Shown here piece by piece: positions 19,421-28,600 of a stretch of DNA of 64,000 bases. The notes below the pieces were generated by a model that ran no database searches, was not told where the DNA came from, and saw only the letters and a list, made by a program, of their open reading frames with translations. Numbering within the stretch: the first letter of the stretch is position 1; each line of letters starts with the position of its first letter. Made by a program: the position numbers and the translations under genes. Source of the stretch: an uncultured Myxococcales bacterium (GTDB lineage Bacteria; Myxococcota_A; UBA9042; CAZBRS01); the NCBI GenBank assembly GCA_964494475.1, contig CAZBRS010000001.1, positions 94,029 through 158,028 of the forward strand, written 5' to 3'.

Positions 19421-21502
19421 TCAAGATCGGGCTCGCTTCAAGCTGCGGATGAGGGCTCGCATGCGGCGCAGGTCGGCGTCGGCCAGCGTCCGGTCGCCGT
19501 AGAGCGCGTCGTGAAAGCGGTCGAGCAGCCAGGCCAGGTCGGCGCGCCGGTCGGGCAGGCGCTCGGCCAGGCGCGCAGCGAACGTGCTCGGGGGCTCGGT
19601 GGGCTGCCACGTGACCCCCAGCTTGCGCCCTGCCCGCACCCAGTCGGCGAAGAGCCCGGCGGTCAACCTGCGCGCCGGGCTCCTCTCCGGACGTCGCCGG
19701 GCTCGCCAGCGCCGCCACAGAGCGCGCGCCACGATCGCGGCCAGGGCCGCGAGCAGCAGCCCGAGCAGCCCGCGCTTCGCGAGATCGCCCGCCCGGCGCA
19801 GACCCCGCAGGTTCGGCTCCAGATCGAAGGCCTGGGCGGCCTTCTTGAACACCTCGGCCTGCTTCTCCAGGCTGTACTCCACGACCCACTGGTACCAGCG
19901 GTAGCGCAGGTAGTCGAGCCACTCGCGCGCGGCGGACCAGGCTCCGGAGGTGTTGGTCAGGCGCATCTCGGCCGGGGGCGTGGGGTCGAACGTGGTCCAT
20001 CCCTCGCGGTCGAGCCAGACCTCGACCCAGCTGTGGGCGTCGCCCTGGCGAATCTGCACGTACTGTCCGACCTCGTTCCAGCGCCCGCCGTAGAAGCCGT
20101 TGACCACGCGCGTGGGCACGTCGAGGGTGCGCAGCAGCACGGCCATGGCCGTGGCGAAGTACTCGCAGTGGCCCCGGCGATCGTCGAACAGGAAGTGGAC
20201 CAGCGCGTTGCCGGGAGGGTGGGCCTCGTCCAGGGTGTAGACGAAGGTCCTGCGCAGCCAGGCTTCGAGGATCGCCGCTCGGGCGCGGGGCTCCTTCGCG
20301 TCTCCCACGATCTCGCGGGCCAGCGCGGCGATGCGCGGGTCGAGGGCGGCGGGCAGGCCGAGGAAGGCCTCGCGCGCGAACGCCTGCTCCGGCTCGGAGG
20401 GGGGGCGCGCGGTCGGCCCGTTGCAAGCGCGCGCGACCGTCTCGTACTGCAGGCCGAGCACGTCCTTGGCCTCGTAGAAGATGTCGTCGGCGGCGTCGTG
20501 GAAGATCGCGGCGCGCGCGCGGCGCAGGAAGTCGAGCTTGCTCCGCGGCGGGTGCACCTCGGCGGTCCCGGGGGCGCCGAAGAGCAGGCGCACGGGCATC
20601 TGGAGGGGCTCGAGGTAGATGGCCTGGCGCTCGGTCGGGCAGCCGCGCGTGCGATCGGTGCCGGGCAGGTGGAACACCCCGTTGATGTCGGCGTCGACGC
20701 GCTGCCGGCGGAAGTTGCTGCGCTGCCAGGCCCGGCCGTCGTAGCGATCGAACGCGGTGCCGCGCAGGCGCAGGGGCTCCGAGGGCGCCACGGGTGACTC
20801 CGGGCGCACGCGCATCACCACCGTCTCGTTGTCGCGGATGGTCCCGAACCCGCCGAGCTCGACGCGGTCGTCGAAGCCGGCGACCTCCTGAGAGCGGCGC
20901 ACCTGCGCGACGAAGAAGCCGAGCCCGAGGCGGGGGAAGAGGAAGAACAGCAGGAACGACGACAGGAAGAGCACCACGGCCAGCGCCCCGGTGACCACGA
21001 AGAAGCGCCAGGGCAGCACGCCGCGCTCGAGCCGCTCGCGACCGGGATCGGCCCGTCGCACGTGCAGGAAGAGCAGCGTGAACGCCAGCAGCACGACGAA
21101 CAGCAGGAAGCCGAACGCGAACTGCAGCGAGGGGTTCAGGATGGACGCCCCCAGCAGTTGGAGGAACGCCAGGGCCACGATCTGGTAGTGATCCCACTGG
21201 GTGTCGCGCTGGAACAGCTTGACCAGCGTCATGAACAGCACGAACCACACCGCGTCGAGCAGCCAATCGCGCGTCTGGACGGCGTCGAAGATGAGCCACG
21301 CCAGGACGAGCACGGCCGCGACGTTGACGACCCGTCGCAGGCCGGGCCGCGTCAGCGGGTCGCGGAAGAACACCGAGGCCGCCACCGCGGGCGTCACCAC
21401 GAGCCAGGCCCAGGCCGACAGCTCGCCGGAGTCGAGGATGGGCAACAGGCCGGTCAGCACCAGGCCATAGAGCAGCGCATCGAGCACGCGGCGGACGTTC
21501 AT
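19421..21502 (-). CDS. Transglutaminase-like membrane protein (TgpA-like; N-terminal multi-TM, transglutaminase core, C-terminal TM)
   Basis: Start at the internal ATG (MNVRRVLDALLYGLVLTGLLPIL) overlapping the DUF58 gene stop (ATGA). Six N-terminal helices. Core motif GHCEYFATAMAVLLRTLDVPTRVVNGF...DAHSWVEVW (Cys-His-Asp triad). Confidence 0.8.
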   Translation of the reverse strand: MNVRRVLDALLYGLVLTGLLPILDSGELSAWAWLVVTPAVAASVFFRDPLTRPGLRRVVNVAAVLVLAWLIFDAVQTRDWLLDAVWFVLFMTLVKLFQRDTQWDHYQIVALAFLQLLGASILNPSLQFAFGFLLFVVLLAFTLLFLHVRRADPGRERLERGVLPWRFFVVTGALAVVLFLSSFLLFFLFPRLGLGFFVAQVRRSQEVAGFDDRVELGGFGTIRDNETVVMRVRPESPVAPSEPLRLRGTAFDRYDGRAWQRSNFRRQRVDADINGVFHLPGTDRTRGCPTERQAIYLEPLQMPVRLLFGAPGTAEVHPPRSKLDFLRRARAAIFHDAADDIFYEAKDVLGLQYETVARACNGPTARPPSEPEQAFAREAFLGLPAALDPRIAALAREIVGDAKEPRARAAILEAWLRRTFVYTLDEAHPPGNALVHFLFDDRRGHCEYFATAMAVLLRTLDVPTRVVNGFYGGRWNEVGQYVQIRQGDAHSWVEVWLDREGWTTFDPTPPAEMRLTNTSGAWSAAREWLDYLRYRWYQWVVEYSLEKQAEVFKKAAQAFDLEPNLRGLRRAGDLAKRGLLGLLLAALAAIVARALWRRWRARRRPERSPARRLTAGLFADWVRAGRKLGVTWQPTEPPSTFAARLAERLPDRRADLAWLLDRFHDALYGDRTLADADLRRMRALIRSLKRARS

Positions 21503-22602
21503 GGCAGGACCACCACGCGCTCGCCCTCGACGTCGGCGACGAGGCCGGCGACGGGCGCGAGCACGAGCCACGGACCCACGTGTGTCGACAGCAGGTCGTC
21601 GACCCGTCCGCGCGCCGCGTCGTCCCAGGGGTGCACCGCCACGGTGGCGAGGTGCGCCAGGATGCGCTCCCGTTCGGTGAGGGCCGGCTCCGGCGCGCCG
21701 TGGGTGTCGAGGCTGGCCAGCCTTGGGCGCATTCCCTGTCCCTCGAGCGCGACCGTGAGCGTGGCGGCCAGCGAGATGGCCTGCTCGGTGCGCTCCGCGT
21801 CGTCGGCCACCGCCGCGTTCACGAGCAGCATCCGGACCTCGCGCCCCTGCTGGTCCTCGAACTCGCGGGTCATGGGGCGGCCGCGCTTGGCCGTGAGCTT
21901 CCAGTGGATGCGGTTGGGGGGATCGCCCGGGCGCGAGTCGCGCACGCCCCACGGGTCGAGGCCTCGCCCGGCCCGGCGGGTCGAGTCGACCTCGCCGGCC
22001 AGGCGCCGGAGCAGCGGCTCGAGCTCGACGACGGGGAGCAGCGCCGGGTACACGAGGTAGTCGGCGGGCGCCTCGAACAGGCGGGCCTTCTCGAAGAGCG
22101 AGAAGGGGAACTCGGTCTCGACGCGCACCCCGAAGCTGCGCACGAAGCCCCGGCGCGGGAAGGTCAGCGTGAGCGGCGAGGTCCGCGTGGCTCCGGGCGG
22201 CAGGTGGAAGACCACCTGGGGGGACTGGACCACGCCCGCTTCCTCGATGTGCTCGCGGGCCCGCAGCGAGTAGCCCGAGAGGCGGCGCCCCGTGTTCCGC
22301 AGCTCGAGCCCCACCTCCACGGGTCGGCCGGCGAAGGCCTCGGGCAGGCCCAGCCGGCGACCGAAGGCGTTGTGGATCGCGGCCTCGGACAGGAAGCCCG
22401 AGAGCAGGATGATGGACAGCAGCATGCCGAGCAGCAGGTAGAGCAGGTTGTTGCCGGTGTTGATGGCCGCGAAGCCCATGCCGAACGTGATGAGCACGAA
22501 GTACTTGCCCTCGCGCGTGAACCGCAGCTTGCGGGGCAGCACGCGGTTCGAGCGGGCCAGCCGACGGAGGAGGCGGCCGGGGGTCCGTCGTTCGGTGGAC
22601 AT
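21499..22602 (-). CDS. DUF58-family protein (MoxR-associated, vWA-like)
   Basis: Start at MSTERR, 2 bp after the MoxR stop. Two N-terminal TM helices, then a DUF58-like region (RRAGRGLDPWGVRDSRPGDPPNRIHWKLTAKRGRPMTREFE). Confidence 0.8.
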   Translation of the reverse strand: MSTERRTPGRLLRRLARSNRVLPRKLRFTREGKYFVLITFGMGFAAINTGNNLLYLLLGMLLSIILLSGFLSEAAIHNAFGRRLGLPEAFAGRPVEVGLELRNTGRRLSGYSLRAREHIEEAGVVQSPQVVFHLPPGATRTSPLTLTFPRRGFVRSFGVRVETEFPFSLFEKARLFEAPADYLVYPALLPVVELEPLLRRLAGEVDSTRRAGRGLDPWGVRDSRPGDPPNRIHWKLTAKRGRPMTREFEDQQGREVRMLLVNAAVADDAERTEQAISLAATLTVALEGQGMRPRLASLDTHGAPEPALTERERILAHLATVAVHPWDDAARGRVDDLLSTHVGPWLVLAPVAGLVADVEGERVVVLP

Positions 22603-22604
22603 CG

Positions 22605-23573
22605 TCAGACGGGGACCGGCACGCGGCCGGCGATCTCGGCGGCGATCCAGCGCACGTCGCGCTCGCGGCCCGAGCCCGCGCGGGGCACGAGGCGGTGGGC
22701 GCACACGGGCGTGAACAGCTCGCGCAGATCGTCGGGCAGCACGTACTCGCGCCCGCGCATCAGCGCCAGCGCCTTGACGGCCCGGTACAGGTGGATGCCG
22801 GCGCGCGTCGACAGCCCGTACGCCAGGCGCTCGGAGTCGCGCGTGGCCTGCAGCAGGGACTGCAGGTACTCGAGCACGCGGTCCGAGACGTGGATCGCGT
22901 CGACCCCGGCCTGGATCTCGAGGAGCTCCGGCCCGTCGATCACCGGCTTCAACGCCTCGAGGGGCGGCCGGAACGCGAAGTCGCGGATCACGCTCCGCTC
23001 GATCTCGGCGCTAGGGTGGCCGAGCTCCAGCCGCATGAGGAAGCGATCGAGCTGGGACTCGGGCAGGGGGTAGGTGCCGTGCAGTTCTGCCGGGTTCTGG
23101 GTGGCGATGACCAGGAAGGGGCGGGGCAGCGGCCAGGTCCGATGGTCGACCGTCACGTGCCCCTCGTTCATGGCCTCGAGGAGGCTGGACTGTGTGCGCG
23201 GCGTGCTGCGGTTGATCTCGTCGGCCAGCACCACGTGCGCGAACAGGGGCCCGGGCTTGAAGACGAACTCGGACGTCGAGGCGTCGAGGATGGAGACGCC
23301 GGTGATGTCGCTGGGCAGCAGGTCGCTCGTGAACTGGATGCGTCGGAACGACAGGTCGAGCGCCCGGGCCAACGCCATGGCCAGCGTGGTCTTGCCGGTC
23401 CCCGGGAGATCCTCGAGCAACACGTGGCCGCCCGAGAACAGGGCCACGAGGGCCAGTTCGACCGTCTCGCGGCGGCCCCGCAGGGCACGCTCGACCTCGT
23501 CGCGGAGCTTCTCGATGCGGGGGTGCAGGGTCGCGAGATCGGCCTTGGTGGCTACTTCGGTTCGGCCAGGCAT
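22605..23573 (-). CDS. MoxR-family AAA+ ATPase
   Basis: Walker A GHVLLEDLPGTGKT, Walker B VVLADEINR, sensor VIATQNP, and a C-terminal MoxR helical domain. Confidence 0.9.
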   Translation of the reverse strand: MPGRTEVATKADLATLHPRIEKLRDEVERALRGRRETVELALVALFSGGHVLLEDLPGTGKTTLAMALARALDLSFRRIQFTSDLLPSDITGVSILDASTSEFVFKPGPLFAHVVLADEINRSTPRTQSSLLEAMNEGHVTVDHRTWPLPRPFLVIATQNPAELHGTYPLPESQLDRFLMRLELGHPSAEIERSVIRDFAFRPPLEALKPVIDGPELLEIQAGVDAIHVSDRVLEYLQSLLQATRDSERLAYGLSTRAGIHLYRAVKALALMRGREYVLPDDLRELFTPVCAHRLVPRAGSGRERDVRWIAAEIAGRVPVPV

Positions 23574-24790
23574 CGTCGGTTCGCCTCGTCAAGCAGGGTT
23601 TTCAGCGCAATGTCCTGTAGCACGGCGTCGAGGACCGAGGGGGGCTGTTCGGCCTCGTCGAGCGAGGCCTGACGGCGCAGGTCGAGCAGGCGCAGGCGGA
23701 AGGCGTTCTTCTCGAACGCACCGCCTCGGGCGCAGACCACCTCGTGGTAGGCCTGCACGACCAGGATCTTCTCCAGTTCGATCACGTCCTCGCGCACGGT
23801 CACGTGCCGCCTCGTGGCGTCGATGAGAACCCGCGAGGCGTTCGCGAAGTCGCCCTGCTGCAGGCACGTGTCGGCCAGGTTGACGGCGGCGGCGCGGGAG
23901 CCCTCGGAGAGCGCGAGGGCACGCTCGAACGATCCGCGCGCCTCGACCAGTCGCCCCGCCTGGCGCTCGGCCACGCCGAGGTTGTTCAACAACCCTGCGT
24001 CGTCCGGGGCCAGGGCGTGCGCGTTCGCGAGCACCTCGACGGCGCGTTCGGCGTCGCCCTGGTGCAGGAGCGCCGAGCCGAGATCGCGGGCCGCGTCGAT
24101 GAAGGCGGGGCTCTGCTGAAGCGCCTTCTCGAGCATCGCGACGGCCCGGGAGGGCAGGTTGATCTCGTCGTAGAGCCGACCCAGGTAGTAGTAGCCGGCC
24201 GAGTCCTCGGGCGCGAGGTCGATGCCGCGCCGGAGCGCCTCCTCGGCCAGGTCGACGCGGCCCAATCGCGCCCGTGCACGCCCGAGCAGGAGCCAGAGGG
24301 AGGCCTCGCCGGGAGGCGAGAGCTCGAGGGCTCGCTCGGCGTAGCGCGTCGCGGCGGCCGCGTCGTCGGCGGCGAAGGCCACGCGAGCGAGCTCCGCGTG
24401 GCAGGGCGCGAGGTCGGGGTGGCGCAGGGCCAGGGGTTGCAGGATCTCGGAGGCGCGGGCGTAGTCGCCCGAGAGGTACGCGACCCGGCCGAGGCCCAGG
24501 GTCGCGGCGGGGTCGTCGGGGCGCAGGCCGAGGGCCAGGTTCAGGTGCTCCTCCGCCAGCGGGAGAGATCCCCGCAGGAGCGCCAGTTCGCCAATTCTCC
24601 GGGCGAGGTCGGCGTCCTGGCGATCGCCGTCCTCGAGCATCTCGCGGAAGCCGCGGATGGCGCCGTCGAGATCGCCGCGCTCCTCGGCCTCCCGCGCCGA
24701 GACCAGGCTCTTCGCTCCGCCACCGCACGCCGCGACGAGCAGCAGCGTCAGCCACGCCAGCGACGCTCGCCTGAGGATGATCGGGCGCAT
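23552..24790 (-). CDS. TPR-repeat lipoprotein
   Basis: Start at internal ATG MRPIILRRASLAWLTLLLVAACGG (lipobox). At least eight TPR-like helical repeats (AxxxYxxALxLxPxxA...). Its 3' end overlaps the MoxR start by 22 bp. Confidence 0.75.
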   Translation of the reverse strand: MRPIILRRASLAWLTLLLVAACGGGAKSLVSAREAEERGDLDGAIRGFREMLEDGDRQDADLARRIGELALLRGSLPLAEEHLNLALGLRPDDPAATLGLGRVAYLSGDYARASEILQPLALRHPDLAPCHAELARVAFAADDAAAATRYAERALELSPPGEASLWLLLGRARARLGRVDLAEEALRRGIDLAPEDSAGYYYLGRLYDEINLPSRAVAMLEKALQQSPAFIDAARDLGSALLHQGDAERAVEVLANAHALAPDDAGLLNNLGVAERQAGRLVEARGSFERALALSEGSRAAAVNLADTCLQQGDFANASRVLIDATRRHVTVREDVIELEKILVVQAYHEVVCARGGAFEKNAFRLRLLDLRRQASLDEAEQPPSVLDAVLQDIALKTLLDEANRRCLAEPK

Positions 24791-24885
24791 GCTCCCTCCA
24801 CGACTCCGGACATGGTAGGGGCGGGGTCCCTCGACGTCAAACCGGCGATTGACCCATCGGCGAGGCCCCCGTATGGTTCGTACCC

Positions 24886-25635
24886 ATGACGACCCCGCTC
24901 TCCGATCGCCCTGCGCTGCTCGTAGACCAGCCCGAGCGGGGCTACCGCTACAGCGTCGACTCGCTGGTGCTGGCCGCGCACGTCGCCTCGAGCGGACCGG
25001 CGGGGCGAGTGCTCGACGTGGGCAGCGGGGTGGGGGTGGTCGGCCTGCTGCTCGCGGCCGCCGGGGGCTTCGGGGCCATCGAAGGAATCGAGCTTCAGTC
25101 ACCCATGTACGAGTATTCCAAGCGGAACCTCGCGCAGAACACCGCCGCGCTCGCGTGCCCCCTGACCTTCGCGCTGGGCGACGTGCGCGAGTGGAGGCAG
25201 CGCTGGACCCCGGGCACGTTCGACCGCGTGGTGTCGAACCCGCCCTTCTTCAAGCTGGATCGCGGCCATCCCAGTCCGGACCCCGTCCGTCGCGTGGCGC
25301 GCCAGGAGGTCTCGCTCACGGCGCGCGACCTGCTCGAAGCGGCCGCCGGGCTGTTGACCCACGACGGGCTGGGCGTCTTCCTCTACCCGATCCAGCGCGG
25401 CTTCGAGGTGGCGGCCACGGCGCGGTCGTTGGGCCTGCACGTGCGTCGCCGCGCTGTCCGGTCGTTCGAGCACAGTCCGCCCTTCCTGGCCATCGTCGAG
25501 GTCGCGCACCGGGCGTTCGAAGAGGCCGCCGCGCGCGAGCGGCCGCTCACTCTCTACGAGGCGCCCCACGTCCACCGGGAGTGGCTGCAGACCTGGGTCG
25601 ATCTCATCCGGCGAAACGACACCGACGGCGGTTGA
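24886..25635 (+). CDS. Class I SAM-dependent methyltransferase, tRNA (Ade37-N6)-methyltransferase (TrmN6/YfiC)-like
   Basis: QPERGYRYSVDSLVLAAHV, motif I VLDVGSGVGVVGL, and the NPPF motif (VVSNPPFF) characteristic of N6-adenine/N5-glutamine methyltransferases. Confidence 0.75.
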   Translation: MTTPLSDRPALLVDQPERGYRYSVDSLVLAAHVASSGPAGRVLDVGSGVGVVGLLLAAAGGFGAIEGIELQSPMYEYSKRNLAQNTAALACPLTFALGDVREWRQRWTPGTFDRVVSNPPFFKLDRGHPSPDPVRRVARQEVSLTARDLLEAAAGLLTHDGLGVFLYPIQRGFEVAATARSLGLHVRRRAVRSFEHSPPFLAIVEVAHRAFEEAAARERPLTLYEAPHVHREWLQTWVDLIRRNDTDGG

Positions 25636-25694
25636 AAAGCGCTCGCCGCTACCGTAGGATGGCGGGGTCGACCGGACACCAGACGAGGGTCCAG

Positions 25695-28600
25695 ATGGCC
25701 AGGCTCCACCGAGTTGCGCTCCGCGGCTTCGTTCTTCTGTTCATGCTGGTCGTCACCGCCAACTGCGGCGGCGGCGCCTCGGGACCCGGCGTCGACGACT
25801 GGTCCGTCGACGGGCACTTCATGGACCTGCCCGACGGTGCCACCACCGACGTGGGCTTCTCCGAGGCCGACACGCCGGCCCCCCCCGAGCCCGACACCGC
25901 CGCCGAGGCCCTCCCCGACGAACCGCCGGCCGAGGAGCCCCCGACCGAGGTGGTCGAGCCCGAGGCGCCGGTCGAGATCGTCGAGGTCGAGGTCGTCCCC
26001 GAGGTCGTCGAGGTGCCGCCGGGCACTCCCTGCGAAGACGACACCGCGTGCGGCTCGAAGACGTGCGTGAACCACCTGTGCGTGGCGGCCTGCGGCCTCG
26101 GCTGCGAGGCGGGCTGGGACTGCCTGGTCCGCGAGGGCAAGGGCTACTGCTTCCCGGGCGACGCGTTCGTGTGCCGGCTCTGCAGCGACGACGAGGACTG
26201 CGCGGGCGACCTGGTCGAGGCGCCGTACCGCTGCGTCCCCCACGAGGGCTTCCTGGTGTGCCTGCACACGTGCAAGGCGCACGCCGAGTGTCCGTCCTCC
26301 GATTGCACCACGCCCCCCGACCTTCCGGGCTCCAAGGTGTGCCTGGCCTACGGGTGCGGCTGCACCGCCACCGACGCCCAGGGCGCGGCCGAGGGCTCGT
26401 GCTTCACGGCCAACGAATGGGGCACGTGCTGGGGTCCGGCGCAGTGCGGCGTCGACGGCCAGCGCACCTGCGCCGCCTTCGATCCTTCGCGCGAATTCTG
26501 CAACGGCGCCGACGACAACTGCGACGGCCAGACCGACGAGGGCTACCCCGACGAGAACGCCGATGGCTCGGCCGACTGCGCGTTCCTCGCCGACGATCCC
26601 GACGACGACGGCATCGGCGCCGCGGGCGACAACTGCCCCACGGTGTGGAACCCCTGGCAGGAGAACATGGACCTCGACGACTGGGGCGACGCCTGCGACC
26701 CGGACGTCGACGGTGATCTGGCCGAGAACGAGACCGACTGCGAGCCCGCGAACCCCATCGCGTACCCTGGCGCCGCCGAGCGCTGCAACGGCATCGACGA
26801 CGACTGCGATGCCACCGTCGACGAGGGCTTCCCGGACTACAACGGCGACGGCGTGCCCGATTGCGCGGTGACCAACGACGTCGATCTCGACGGCGTGCTC
26901 GACATGCAGGACAACTGCCCGACGGTCCCGAACCCGCCGCAGCACGACTACGACCACGACGGCGCCGGCGACGCGTGCGACGGCAACATCGACGACGACC
27001 CCTTCCTCAATCCCGACGACTGCGACGACTTCGACGCCGAGATCTACCCGAGCGGCACCGAGTCCTGCAACGGCAAGGACGACGACTGCGATGGCCAGAC
27101 CGACGAGGGCTACAAGGACAGCGACGGCGACGGCGCGGCCGATTGCGTGGACCCCGACGACGACGACGACGGCGTGGGCGATGGCTCCGACAACTGCCCG
27201 TCGAAGGGGAACCCCGAGCAGACCGACACCGACGCCGATGGCACGGGCGACGCGTGCGACGCCGACCTCGACGGCGACAACGTGAAGAACGCGAACGACA
27301 ACTGCTCCACGGTCAAGAACGCCGACCAGAAGGACGGAGACTCCGACGGCCAGGGCGATGCCTGCGACCCCGATCGGGACGGCGACCTGCTCGAGAACGG
27401 CGACGACAACTGCCCCGACGCGCTGAACCCCGGCCAGTCCAACCTCGACGGCGACGCGCTCGGCGACGCCTGCGACCCCGACATCGACGGCGATGGCGTC
27501 GTGCCCCCGAACGACTGCGACGACCTCGACGCGACCGTCTCGCCGTTGGCCGAAGAGGTGTGCGACGGCCTCGACAACAACTGCGACGACTGGGCCGACG
27601 GCGAGCCCAACCTTCCGGACTGCGTGACCTTCCACTACGACTCCGACGACGACGGCTTTGGCAGCCAGGCCACCCAGTGCCTGTGCGAGCCCTCTTCGAT
27701 CTTCACGGCCCCCCAGGGGGGCGACTGCAACGACCTGGTCAAGGAGATCAACCCCGCCGCCGTCGAAGTCTGCGACACGGTCGACAACGACTGCGACGGC
27801 CAGAACAACGAGGGCTTCCTCGACACCGACCTGGACCAGTCGGCCAACTGCGTCGACTACGACGACGACGGTGACGCGGTGCTCGACCAGGTCGACAACT
27901 GCCCGTTGGTGGTGAACGCCGGACAGGCCGACACCGACCACGACGGCCACGGCGATGCGTGCGACGGCGACATCGACAACGATGGCACGCCCGACGGCTC
28001 CGACTGCGCGCCCGAGGACCCCACGGTCCATCCAGGCGCCACCGAGGCCTGCAACCTGCGCGACGATGACTGCGACGGGGCCACCGACGAGGTGGGCGCC
28101 AACGGGTGCACCCCGTACTTCGTCGACGCCGATCACGACGACTACGGCACGGGCGCCTCGTCGTGCCGCTGCAAGGCCAGCACGACCTACACAGCCCTGG
28201 TGGGCGGCGACTGCGCCGACGGCGACGCCACGGTGCACCCGGGCGCCGACGAGGCCTGCAACGGCGTCGACGACGACTGCGACGCCAAGACCGACGAAGG
28301 TTGCGACGACGACGGCGACGGCTTCTGCCAGACCGGTTCGCCCCTCGTGGGCAATCCCCAGGCCTGTCCCAACGGCGGTGGCGATTGCGACGACGCCGAG
28401 CCCACGATCCATCCCGGTGGCGTCGAGACGTGCAACGGGCGCGACGACGACTGCGACGACGAGGCCGACGAAGGCTGCGACGACGACGGAGACGGCTACT
28501 GCGGCGTCGGCCAGGTCATCGTCACGAGCGTGGCCTGCCCCAAGGGCGGCGGCGACTGCGACGACGCGGCTTTCGGCGTGAACCCGGGGGTCTACGACGC

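Noticed and set aside
19061-21299. Alternative-frame ORFs 19061-20797 (+) and 19398-21299 (-)
   Set aside because: These are Arg-rich frames overlapping the TgpA-like gene. Only the 19421-21502 frame has TM helices and the transglutaminase Cys-His-Asp motif.
24849-25694. N-terminal 280 aa of the 1726-aa plus ORF (and its fusion with the methyltransferase region)
   Set aside because: The Arg/Gly/Pro-rich frame overlaps the genuine TrmN6-like gene in another frame. The giant protein starts at the signal-peptide ATG 25695 (or 25659).
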